Source: Mayamaea pseudoterrestris (Eukaryota). From it: a stretch of DNA of 64,000 nucleotides. The notes under the pieces were generated by a model. The model was not told where the DNA came from. It ran no database searches and was given only the letters and a program-made list of their open reading frames with translations. Position numbers and translations under genes: made by a program. This document shows, piece after piece, positions 21,231 through 33,537 of this stretch. The stretch is from positions 620,001 to 684,000 of the forward strand of contig BROI01000018.1 in NCBI GenBank assembly GCA_027923505.1, given 5' to 3'. The first letter of the stretch is position 1. The number at the start of each line of letters is the position of its first letter.

Positions 21231-22311
21231 TTACACTGGCGCCGGCAGTGCCAGCAATTGACCTTTAAAGTGCATAAAAATAACGAATCCTCCAAACAAT
21301 ATATAGTTTTGCGCAATTGGCAAAATGGCCCGCGTCAACGACTGTGGTCCCAGGTACTTTTGATACAGTTGATACAGTTTGGATGGCTCCTTTTTCGGCT
21401 TGCTGTTGAGAAAACCCGCTCGGACAGCCGCCTTTTGGTTGTTAGACGACGACGATCTTGATACGACTTGTCCATCGCCGCCATTGGCAGTCGTCATCAT
21501 TTGCTGGCGACTAGCCGCCACTGCCGTTTGGCGGAGTCGTTCCACAGCAGCCGACTTGCGCTGGGAACATTGATTCAAAAGTTCGTAAAGTTCCTCGCGT
21601 CTGTCCTTTTGACTTGGCTTGTAGACAAACTTGAGAGCCACCGAGCAAATACTAGGTGCGCCATCAGGTTGATTTTCATCGGGTGCTGTTCCTGAAATGT
21701 TGACAAAGACTTCCGTCTCATACTCGTCGCGCGTCTCCATGGCATTAAACTTGCAAATGGGCGCCAAGTCATAAGGTTCCGATGATCCAAGAGAAATGTC
21801 AGCGTCAAATGCGCTAACGGTCAAAGTTGCTTGGTTGGTTTCCACGCCCCGAAATGTAGCAACGTCACTGGATGCATCATTATCAGCAGCCATAGATGTA
21901 AGCGTTGCTTCCTCCACTGGTGACGAGAGCTGAAGAGAAAGTCGAGGAATAGCACCTTCCAGTAACCCTTCAATCTGAGCATCATGGAATGGAACAGAGT
22001 TAGATGTGTGTGTGTTGAAAGTAATTCTGCTGCTGCAACGCAAACCATGGCATTGTCAAAGCTCTGTGTGTAGTTCTCTTTCATTGTTTCGTTTCACAAA
22101 CACCCAATCCAATAATCTCCTAATAATTAAGGTAGTTGCATTAACGTACCTTGATCCAGTGCACGGAGAGTGTATTGGATTCATCGTCCGCCTCGCCCTG
22201 CGGCCCAATGGCTCGAAGCAAGCTTTTGATGCCGCTAATCTCCTTTTCGCATGCCACCAAATCCTGCTTGGCAGCGTCTGCTTCCGACGTAAGGTCAATT
22301 GATGATGACAT
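21231..22311 (-). CDS. Hypothetical tail-anchored protein (coiled coil, C2-like beta region, C-terminal TM); exons 22311-22150, 21974-21231
   Basis: A phase-0 GT-AG intron lies at 22149-21975, and the C-terminus carries the hydrophobic segment YILFGGFVIFMHF. Confidence 0.7.
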
Positions 22312-22559
22312 GATGCAAATTTGAGCAATGAACTACTGTCGTTTGCACAAGTGAAATATGAAGAAGGATGCGATTGGAACGAGATGAGCCATGGCGCGGC
22401 GGCGCGGCAGAAACGGACAGACGGACGGACGCTTGAGGCTCAGCACCCGTTTCGAATCCGTGACCGAAGATCCAAGTCCCGAGTGTCATCGACGCGACGA
22501 CGAAGCAAACTGCGACGACGAATTGGATCTCACTATTTGCACCTTTCCTCTTGGCAACC

Positions 22560-23852
22560 ATGACGAGTGAAATGGAGCACGACGCCGTGGCCTTTGAGCT
22601 CGACAATGATCCGCTCCGACCTAAAGTAGTAACGCCGCCACCGCCGAAGCGTACGTGTCGCAATGGATGGATTCGTTTCAAGCTTGCGACCATTTGGATT
22701 TGGATTTTTTTTTTTCGACATCGACTTGCTCACTTAATCGTTATATTCATTTATTAATCTGTGACAGCCGAGTCTGCGTTAAAAAGCTTCTTGTCGGGTG
22801 GAGTTGGAGGCATTTGCGTCGTCTTGGTGGGACATCCATTGGACTTGATCAAGGCAAGTATTATCGTGCTGCTTCGTACTGCTCTTTGATTCCGTTGCTT
22901 CCGATTCTTTTCAATTGTCAATGGAATGCAAAAGCATATCGATTCATTCACTCATTCATTCATTTACTTACTCACTCACTCACTCACTCACTCACTCACT
23001 CACTCACTCACTCACTCACTCACTCATTCATTCATTCATTCATTCATACTCTAACTTGACTGTTAGGTCCGCATGCAAACGGCAACGGCTGCCACGGCCG
23101 CCGCCTCGCAATCGGTTGTCACCATGTTTACCAACACTTTTCGCACCGAAGGAGTCCGCGGCTTGTATCGGGGTGTTTCAGCTCCACTCACTGCTGTCAC
23201 GCCACTCTTTGCCGTTTCCTTTTGGGGCTACGACATGGGACAGCGCATTGTGCGATACACCATGAAGCGACCGGCCACTGATCACTTGTCACTTTCGGAC
23301 AAGACCATTGCGGGTGGGATATCGGCATTACCGTGCACGGTTCTAATGGCTCCCAGTGAGCGCATAAAGGTATTGCTGCAAACGAATCCGGGCAAGTATA
23401 ATGGCATGGTCGATTGCGCCAAGGCTGTCTATCAGCAAGGAGGCATCAAGAGTGTTTTCAAAGGAACGCTATTGACACTCTACAGAGATGTTCCTGGAAG
23501 TATGGCATGGTTCGGAACGTATGAAGCAGTCAAGATTGGCATGATGCAAGCTCAAGGCATTCAAGACATGTCCAAGCTCTCGCCACTTTCCGTACTGACC
23601 GCTGGAGGCTTTGCCGGCATGGCTTGCTGGGTGGTCAGCATTCCAGCAGACGTTTTGAAGAGCCGCTTCCAGGGTGCACCGGAAGGCACCTACAAGAATG
23701 TTGCCGATGTTTACACAACCTTGATGCGCCAGGAAGGACCGGCAGCTCTGTTTACAGGCATTCGACCCGCCTTGATTCGAGCCTTTCCAGCAAATGCGGC
23801 TTGCTTCTTTGGAATGGAAGTGGCGCGCAAGTCACTAGCTTTTTTGGATTAG
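22560..23852 (+). CDS. SLC25A20: Mitochondrial carnitine/acylcarnitine carrier; exons 22560-22650, 22768-22853, 23067-23852
   Basis: Three Px[DE]xx[KR] repeats (GHPLDLIKVRMQT, APSERIKVLLQ, IPADVLKSRFQ), plus FAVSFWGY, RDVPGS and RAFPANAACF. Confidence 0.93.
22943..23046. repeat. (CATT/CACT)n microsatellite inside intron 2 of the carrier gene
   Basis: A long CACT run flanked by CATT units is directly visible. Confidence 0.95.
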
Positions 23853-24138
23853 CTGTAAATTACATTAATGGACGTTGCTGGCTGCTGATTGGCAATTTGT
23901 TGAACAAACTCGCTGCGTCGACATGCGGAGCATGACTCGTAGATAATGTACATTGAATATAGAAAGACGTTAAGCGAGCAAGGTGCTCTGCCGTTGTAGA
24001 TGATCGGAAAATCTACTACCGATACAGGTCGTCGTCATTTGCTCGTAGTCCATTGCTCATACTCAGCAGTAGCGACGAGGGAGACGGGGATGTAAAGGCT
24101 CTACAATATATTAAGTGGCAAAATATGATATTCAAATG

Positions 24139-27100
24139 TTAGTTTGATAAAGTGCTTTCGGACCGACTCCGGACTTGTCGGACGCTGTACATGGATGGGC
24201 GCTTTTGCAGCTCCGACACCAGCACCGATCCGTCACCATCCTTAAACTTGATCGCAAGTTCAATAATAGCGGCTGGTTTGTCGCCGTCACTAGAGCTGCG
24301 AAGGCCGTACTGAACAATCTCGACCGGTTCCGACAGTGTGTTTGCTGCTTCGTGAATTGCATCAATGGCCAGAGTCAGTGCATCGGCGCAATGCTCAGCT
24401 TCAATTCGCAATAGCAACATGTCGGGCCCTTGGTGTTGGCTTTCATCAAGTGAGAGAATCGAATACTCACTCAATATTGTTTTGATATGCGATACAATCG
24501 ATGAAGCCGTCGGTCGCTTTGACGGTTTCTCCGACAGCATGGAGAGAAGCAGCGGACCTAACGTCGGAAAGGCATTTCCGACCAATATGTCGAAATCGTT
24601 TGGAAATTGGGACTTTCGTAACTGCGTCAGGCAAATGTTGCGCTCCATGCCAGTGTGCATTGGATACACCAACTCGAACAAGAGCACTCCAAGCGAGTAA
24701 ATCTGCGATGAAGACAGTGAATGAGTTTGTTCACAGATTACGATGGCGCAAAGTCATAGTACTCGGAAACTTACATCCGTCGATGAGGCATAATCAGATC
24801 CATTCATTTGTTCAGGACTTGCGTACGATCTCGTCCCCACACCAGCCGTGTGGTCGAGGTTTTCAATGCTGACTATGCCATGTTCCAGGGTAGATGCGCG
24901 CTGAAAGGACCCAGACTTGTGAACTATGCCGCCGGATGACTCGCGACTCAAGCCAAAATCGCCCACCTGCACATTCCCACCCTCGTCGACAAAACAATTA
25001 GCTGGCTTTAAATCTCTGTGTATTAAGCCTTGCGTGTGGACGTAGGTCACCGCCTGTGCAATCTGCTGGAAAAGCTTTAGCGCCTGTGGGACGTCGACGC
25101 CGTTTGAAACAAAACCTTGACGTGCCGTCATATTCGTCAGCAAATCTCCAATTGTCTTTTGCGTACAAAGCTGCATTTGAATATAGAGAGTATGTCGAAC
25201 CTTTTCGTTTGCTGACAAGGCTGTTTCTGGTGGCGTTGCTTCTTTTAATAGAACCTTCTCGTCAAATGTGCGGGTGGCAGTGGCGCTGTTTCGCTGCACA
25301 GATGAGGGTTGGTCTGCAGACTGTGAAGAATCCACCTTCGACTCCTTGTCTATGTCGTTCGACTGGGACTGTGTTTTGCGAGTCACAACGAAGTGTAAGC
25401 CCAATGAAAATAAAAAACGATAGCAATTCCTCAATCTCACTATCTATTTACCTCAAAATTCAAAAAGTCGCTGGCATCATCCATTGCTTTGGGACGCCAA
25501 ACAACGCTTTTTCGCAAGGGCGAGGACAGCCCTGCATGAGACGGACGATTGCGCCCTTGATACAGCGATGGCCACTGGCTTACCGAATCCGACATAAGCA
25601 TGGAGCTGGAGTAGCATCTTGTTATGGCAGCACTGCTTTCGTCTATAGTACTCGTGTCTAGCGTGCGTATCTCTTCTCCGTTGTCTTTCTCGAGCTCAAG
25701 CCAAGCGTTGTAATAGCGAACAATGTTTGGATGGTCCAAAGCGGCCAAGATTTTGACCTCGCGTAATGTTCGCTCCAGACGCTGCTGAAATTGAGGGTCG
25801 CCAACGGTTCCATGTATAAAGACCTTCTTCATGGCATAATGTCGACCGTCAAACAAATTGCGCACCCGCCACACAGTGCCAAAGCCACCCTTGCCAAGTG
25901 CTTCCAGCTCTTCGAACTCAGTCGCGTATCGAGAGTATCGCACCAGCGGAATTCCACCAATCGCAGTCATGGTGACTGGCGCAGCGTTCGTACTGTCCGC
26001 GTCTACTTTCTCCTCGTCCGAGAACGGACAGTTTCTATCGGATAATTGCCTAGTAAGTGCGTCTGGTAGAGCAACAGCAGAACCTTTGGCGACCTCATTG
26101 TCGCTGCTACTGGGAACAATCTGGCCATCACCAGCCGACATGACAATTTCATTTTGTAGTTGCATGTCTTCCAGCCATTTTTGTTTCTTTCGCAAATACC
26201 AGTAATGTCCGGCGAATCCGGCAATTGCAACAAAAGTCGTCAACAAGCCTCCGACCAACCTCCATGAAAGGTATAAACCTTCGGGCTGAACTCGAGGCGG
26301 CGGAGAGGGCAGCAATGGAAGAAACCTTTTAATTTCGGGAATGTTACGACAATCGTCGCCAGGCATACATACGTTATATTCCGGAGCATTTCGTCGCGGA
26401 AACTTTGGTTTGATGCCTGATGGTCGCATGGAATGCTCGCTCGAACGATGCTGCAGATACGCGTTGCTATATGGATTCGTCGTCCTGGAGTAGAACCAGT
26501 CCTGCAACGCATAATCGTAATAGCGTTGCGTCTCCTCGTCTCGCTCACTGGCGGCATGATCGTCAATGGCCAAGGCAGGCGTATGTTTCTTGGTGTTCGT
26601 CAGATCTTGCTCCTGGAGTACTTGAACGGGTTTCCATTGCCCGCCCTGCATGCCAAAGACGGACGCCACGACACTGGGAGTATCCATGGTCCATAGGACG
26701 CGCATGGATACCAAGTCAACGGCAATCAGCGTTTGTCCTTGGTTTTGAAAGACAATGGCTGGTAACACTGGTGCATTCAAGCGGATCTGCTGCTGCTCCT
26801 TCTTGTGGTTTAATCGTTTCTCCTTCATGTCCTTTTCCCGTCGCTTGCTGCTATCTATACCATGTCCAACCGGGAGCGTCTGCCATACAAACTCGTCTTC
26901 GTCGTCATTGTCATCATCGTCAATGGCCAAATCTACCGGTTGGCCCGATCCAAAATCTAATGCTTGCCACAAGCCCAAGGAAATGTTCCAGGCTTGCAGC
27001 CCCGTACTGCTTCGAACATGCTTGACGTGATAGTCACGTCGCTGCAGCAACAAGACCGGTTCGTCCTTGTTTACAGACGTTGAAGAGGGAAGGTTGCTAA

Positions 27101-27680
27101 CGTCGCCACTGCTTGAAAATGTGACTGTCGATTGGTGTGCCTTGTCATACCACTGCACCTTTCCGTCCGCATTGAAAGCCATTAATGACGTCTCCACTGT
27201 CGCCGTTAAAATGCCGCAATTTTGGCTATCACCTTCATCCGGACAACTCTTCACGGGCTGCTCCAATAGTGAGGAAATCTCTAACTGAAGAGCCTCCAAA
27301 TGGCCATCCTGTTGCTGCCAATACAAACGCCCGTCAAGGCCGGGCAGAATAATGTTCATAGAGTCTTCGTCGTCATCATCATCGTCGCCGTCATATTCTT
27401 GATTCTCCGGACCGTCTTCGTCATCGTCGTCGTCATCCTCTCCTCGTCGTCGTGCCAGTGAAGTCGGCACGGTGGACCGACCAATCAAGGGATCCGTCTG
27501 AATTACTTGTTCTTTTTGCACGTCACCCGTCCAAGCATGGACTGAAAAGACGCGGCCATCAGCGGTACAAAGCAGCAAATAGTCGGATCGATTGCCGCTG
27601 TTGTCTTCGACAAGGGCCATGCAAGCAGCAGCAAGGAAAAGAATCAAGGCGTGTGCCAGTCGACGCATCCGAGGCGTCAT
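24139..27680 (-). CDS. PERK-like transmembrane eIF2-alpha kinase; exons 27680-25452, 25368-24775, 24702-24139
   Basis: Signal peptide, IRE1/PERK-like lumenal motifs (LLCTADGRVFSV..WTG, ILPGLDGRLY, TGLQAWNISLG) and a TM helix. Kinase motifs are SRYATEFEELEALGKGGFG, YAMKKV, LREVKILAALDHPNIVRYY.AW, an insert, LYIQMQLC, IHRDLKPAN, GDFGL, HTAGVGTRSYASPEQ and DIYSLG. Confidence 0.92.
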
Positions 27681-28134
27681 CCGATGGATTAATGAGTGTC
27701 AGGCTTTAGCTCGTTGGAAGAAATGAATGGAAAGTCATTCAATGTATATAAATTAATAAGTACAATATGCAATCGAGGTATGTATAGAAGACGGAAATAT
27801 CTTTGGTTACGGGACGTGAAATGAGAGTAAATGAGCTTCCTCGAGCTCGGAACAATCCCCATGGTCGTTTCTGACACGTGTTCACTGTGAATTTCAGTAC
27901 CGGAGCGTCTTCTAAAGATCTGGCGCATGTGCTTTCGCGGTCATTTTGTCCGGTCATCTGGATCTTGATCACAGATCTTGCCGCACGTCTTGCATGCCTC
28001 GATCAAAAGCTGTCATCAATCAGCCTCCTCGCACACAGAAGGAGTCGATTGTCCACTCTTAAACTGGCATTGTCTAGTCTTGAAGATAGCAAAGGGTGGA
28101 TATTGAAAACATAGAAGTGAAGTCTGAGACAAAA

Positions 28135-29767
28135 ATGGCGGACGATGAAAAGATGAAGCAGGTACGATGAAGCGATGGATTACGTCGCTCGGTCACGTCG
28201 GTCATACTTATCTCACGTTCATTGCCTTTTCTTCTCGCTGCAGCTACTGGAAGAGTGGGACGAAAAGGACGCCGATGCTGGTAAGGAATTCACGGAGCGC
28301 GTCAGGATCATGTGCATTTTGTTCATGCGATCAACCCGCATACTGCCTTTTACACATTTCTAAGAAACATCCTACTCTCTCCGCTTATTCCAACAGAGTT
28401 TGTCGACGCCGACGATGATGAGGACGAGGATGACGCACGCGCCAAGAAGGAGCGATTGAAGTCGGCAGCCGATGACGAAGATGAGGAAGAGGAAGATTCC
28501 GTCGAGGACGACGAAGAGTCGGAGGAGGAATCCACCGAGGAAGGCGACCTTTCGTCCGATGGCGAGGAACTCGAGTCATCGGATGAAGAAGAGGAAGATG
28601 ATGAGCCAGTTTCCAAGGAAAAGGAGGAGGATGACGATGATGACGGTACGTGCAAACTCTACAGTAGGCGTCATTTGAACAGGTCGCCATGTATTTTCGT
28701 ATTTTTACTCACGTTCCTCGCTTTTGCCATTGACAGACGATGACGACGAAAACCCTGTCGAGGACAAGCTTAAGAAGAAGAAAAAGAAGAAGTCCAAGAA
28801 GAAGAAGAAACTCAAGAAGCTCACCGAAATTACGGCGGATGACAATGAGGAAGACGCCGAGATGAAGGCAATGTTGGCGGCTTGGGAGGTTGACATGGGA
28901 ACTGGCGATTCGGATGACGATGAAGAGGAAGAAAATGAAGACGACGAGAGTGAACAGTCGGAACGCGAGGTCATTTTGGATGACAATGTCGTGGATCATA
29001 TTGTCCTCGCAGCTGGCGACCTTGACGAGGCCATGACGGAGTTCGAGAAGCGAACTGGACTTCAACCAATCATTGCCGGGACCATCAAGGGACTTGGTAT
29101 CAAGTGTGCGCGCATTTCGTTCGCCGACGCCACGTATTTGGAAATTATTGCGCCGGATCCAAAGGGACCTGGACCGATCGGCGAGCTTATCAAGGCCAAG
29201 AAAATCAAGGAGCTCACGCCATTCCACTGGGCGGTCCGCACCAAGCGAGCCGAGGACCTCAAGGACGAAGTCTCCAAGTTTGGATACACGCCCGATCACA
29301 TTACCATGTTTGGATCCAAGGCTGACGGTACGCCGCGAAAGTGGGAAATGCTTTTCCTGTACGGCCACAAGATGGGAGGCGTCTGTCCCTTCTTTATTAA
29401 CTGGGCCAACTCGGACCACCCATGCGCGACCCTTCCAATCGTTGGCAAGCTCAAAAAGATTACGATTCGCGCACCTGAAGATGACCCGGTGCATCAATTG
29501 ATTGACCACATTGGTATCACTGGCATTGAGGTAGAAAAGGGCAAGAAGAAGTTCTCCGTCTCGTTCAAAACGCCCAACGGAACTGTCAAGCTGTCCTCCG
29601 AGGCTCCGGTCGGTTTCAAGTTTCCTGGTTTCGAGGCAGATGTCGGCGCCATTGACGGTGACGATGGCGAGCAGGATGCCGAGGTAGTGTTTGAGAATCC
29701 AAGCATGCCAGAGCTGCTTCCTGTCGGCGACACGGACTACGATGCACTCCCACCTCCAGCCTACTAA
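28135..29767 (+). CDS. Glyoxalase-like (VOC, Glyoxalase_3) protein with long acidic N-terminus and poly-Lys tract; exons 28135-28161, 28244-28280, 28397-28645, 28737-29767
   Basis: Three in-phase GT-AG introns. Motifs VDHIVLAAGDLDEA..F...TG..P...G, YLEIIAPDP, WAVRT, DGTPRKW, PFFINW and HP. Confidence 0.85.
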
Positions 29768-30322
29768 GCAACTGGCCCGGGATTGAGCTTTGTGCAATGA
29801 TAGTCATGATGTAGTAGTTGATCGAAAGAATATAAACCATGGATGTTATACGCATCGTTGTCTCGCTTCACTTTCAGTTTATGTTTCATGTATATGTAAC
29901 GCCGGACGTCGAGCCACATCACCCGCTTCCGTCTTGACCCATATTTGATATGGTCAAGATAGCTTGCTTATTAATAGCCATTCGCTTACCATGGTCGAAC
30001 ATTACCGGTAGTTCAAGCGGCCTCGGCCTCTGCCTTGTGGAGAGGTAAGCATGCTGCGCTTCAATAGCTAGGTGGATAACGGAGGGACACGAGCCTCGGA
30101 GCCAAGAAGAATCGGACGATGCACAATTGCCATCATCATCAAGGTCTGCAGAAGCTCATGACAGCAATCTCGTACATTAAAAAGAATCGAAATTATACTA
30201 TCAATCATATTCTAAAGCTGGTTGTTGCAATTAACCCGAATCGGGAGACTTGAAGCTAGAGGAACGAGTGAGGAAGGAAGAGTTTGTTCCACGACTCGCC
30301 TCTCTTGTTCGACACTGATGTC

Positions 30323-33251
30323 ATGGCACCTACATTGAAGATCAAGAGGCTCATTTTCGATCCACAATCATTATTTTGTATATTCACTCTACTGTTAGTT
30401 CTTGTGTCGAGTCGAGTAGTCTACGCAGATGAGGAAGAATCCGATGCAGAGCTCTTTAATGTATCGCCTCCATTCGATAATCTTGCTGCCTCAACACTCA
30501 TGTCATCTGCGCCTTCTCCAGCAGCAGATGTCACAACAGCAGCAACAGCAGACTCTGCTTTGGCTCGCAAACAATACTGGCAAAGAACGTTTGACGAGAT
30601 TCGAGAGTTGCGCTACAATCAAACGTCGCGAAGCATGACCCAGTGGAAGGAGTACTTTATGGATCGATCGTCGTCATCGGCAAGCAGCAACAGCAGCAGC
30701 AGCAATAGGAAACGTTTCGAAGGTTTTGTTTCCTGGGAGCGACTGCTGCAAGACTGGGCTGATGATATTCAAGACTACATGGAGAAGGAACAGGAGGAGG
30801 GCTATCCGTTCAGTACCTATGGCATGCCCAAGGCTGTCATTGATGATGCCTCACTGTCGACGTTATCGGCTGACCAGAACGATACGCACAAAGTCCTCCT
30901 GGCGCACCTGACGACGACGTACGATGACGACAAAACATCTTCCACCAAGCAATCAACAACGCCGTCACTCCCAGTCCCAAAGCCTGCGACAAAGGGTCAA
31001 GCCGTGTTGCCTCACACCGACATATCTGACAAGTCAAAACACATTTGGATTGTAACCACTGCATCACTTCCATGGAAGACTGGAACAGCCGTCAATCCAC
31101 TTTTAAGGGCCGCCTATCTTTGCCAAGGACGCAAACAAGCTGGTGGAAGTGTTACCTTGCATTTGCCATGGCTCGAGCGAGCAAAGGATCAGCAAATTGT
31201 TTACGGCGCCGATAATGTGTTCGAGTCGCCCGGCCGACAGGAAGACTATCTGCGCACGTGGCTGCGCGAATCGGCAAACATGCTCGAGGCGGCTGATGAG
31301 CTACAGATTGAATGGTACACGGCCTGGCAAAACAAGGTCGAAAATAGCATATACAGCATGGGTGACATTACCGCGTTGATTCCAGAGGACAAGGTTGACA
31401 TTTGCATTTTGGAGGAGCCCGAGCATCTGAACTGGTACGTGTGCAATAATTGCGACGTTATGTGCGATTAGCATTATACATGAGCATATTTGGTAATCTC
31501 ATGCGTCTTTTCCTTCATGTTAAAGGTACCGCGCTCCAGGTGATAGCTGGACGAAAAAGTTCAAGCATGTTGTTGGAATACTCCACACTAATTACTTTCA
31601 ATACGCGCTTGACCAGCCAGCCGCCATTGTCCGGGCGCCTGCCATGCGTTTGCTTTGTTCATGGATGTGTCGGGCGCACTGTCATCGCATTATCAAACTA
31701 TCGGCAACGTTGGAACCAGTGGCGCCGGAGAAGGAGCTTGTCGAAAATGTGCATGGGGTTCGAGGAACGTTCATCGACACTGGCGTTGCCTTGCGAAAGC
31801 GTCTTGGCAAGTCTCAAGACAACTCTGACCCAATCTTTGGAGCGACGGCAGACCCAAAGATCTATTTTATTGGCAAGATGCTTTGGAGCAAAGGGCTAGG
31901 CTCGCTCATGGAGTTGCTCAAGTTTGCCGAGGAATCGACCGACTTGAAAGTCACTGTCGACATGTACGGCGGTGGACCCGACATGAAGGCGGCCGCAGCC
32001 AAGGCAAAGAAGCTGGATCTTGATATGTCGTTTCTTGGACCACTGGATCATGCAGAAGTGGCCTTTACGCACAAGATTTTTGTCAATCCATCAACGTCAG
32101 AAGTCTTGTGCACAACGTCAGCTGAAGCCTTGGCCATGGGCAAGTTTCTTATTCTTCCCTCGCATCCGAGCAATGACTTCTTCGAGCGGTTTCCGAATTG
32201 TTTGGCGTACACGACGAAGGAAGAGTTTGTAGCTAATCTATACTACGCCATTACGCATGAACCAGAGCCCTTGTCGGAAGATTATGCGCGCGCTCTTGGC
32301 TGGGAGGCGGCCACAGAACGATTGGCAGCGTCTGCTTGCATTCCAGTTGAAGAAGCGGAAGCGCGGCAAGAAACTCTTGACGCTGACATGGCAGCCGTCG
32401 AGGTGAGTGATGATGATTGATGTTTCAGTAATGTTAAGAGTGATAACAATCGCTCACGGTATCTTTCGTTCGAATCTAGATTAAGCTCCCTCCACTTATT
32501 GAGGATGAGGAAGGACGGCAAATGGTTGCTGTGACGCTGTACAAATCTCGCGAGCGCTATCGACTCTTTCGTGACAAGCTTGCGCAGGAAATATCGCAAA
32601 ACAAGGGTAAGCGCACCCGGTTGGTGATGTCGCTAGTAGCTCATCTGGAATGTGTTTACTCACTTTTATTCCTTTCTTTAATTTGCAGTTTTGCCAAAGC
32701 CAGTCCGAGAACGTCTACTGACGGAACTCGGCAAGCGTCTCGATATTGACATTGAAGAAGCTCTAACGTCTCCTAAACTAAAGCTTCAACTTTCACCTGC
32801 CGAGCTCGATTCGTCGCTTTTGGAGCTGTATGAATACATGATTGATGGTCCGGGCGGTGACCTGTTACGATTGATAGGCGGTGGAGGCGCCGTAGCTCTG
32901 CAGAATTTGTATTTAAGACGGAAAGTGGAAAAGGAGCGGTTGAAACATGGTTGGCTTCCCGAAGTGTTTCCTGCACTGCTGGACGAAGCAGACGACGACC
33001 CTGAGATTGGTCCGCTACAACGAATTCGTGCTGCCATGCGAAAGAACATACCTCAAACAAACAGCCAGCATCGTACCCCTTTCACGCTTTCACAAAAGCC
33101 CGGAAGCAAGCTTCCGACGAGAAAATCTGGCAAGGACTCATCAGTTAACATGATGTCTGCATCACCGCCCGTGTTTGGCGGTTCAACACGGTCGTCATTC
33201 TCTAGTGCACCTCCGCGACGAGGGAGTATGTACATGTCCATTCTTATATGA
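30323..33251 (+). CDS. DGD1: Digalactosyldiacylglycerol synthase (GT4); exons 30323-31434, 31526-32402, 32480-32606, 32689-33251
   Basis: IVTTASLPWKTGTAVNPLLRAAYL, ILEEPEHLNWY, CHRIIKLS, NVHGVR, YFIGKMLWSKG, FVNPSTSEVLCTTSAEALAMGKF and HPSNDFF. All introns are in phase. Confidence 0.95.
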
Positions 33252-33537
33252 TTGGACGCTAAAGAGCTACCAGCATACGTATATTAAGCTATAGATTTAT
33301 TGTCACTTCACACCGTCCCTTCTAAAACGAATATCAAGCAAGCTTGCGGCATTATGGGTTTATCGCTGCAGCGGCTAATAATTCATCTGATCATGACTCG
33401 ATAGCAAGTCAAATTCAAATTCGTAATACGATGTAGTGTAAGTACGAGTTCCAAGGAATTCAAATTATGTTTTAGCTGGGCTACCAGTCGACTCAATAAA
33501 AAGTCAATCCACGCGCCTCCCATATAACCCTGGTGTG

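Noticed and set aside
28709..29797. 362-aa antisense ORF
   Set aside because: It mirrors the codon-biased glyoxalase exon and has no recognisable motifs.
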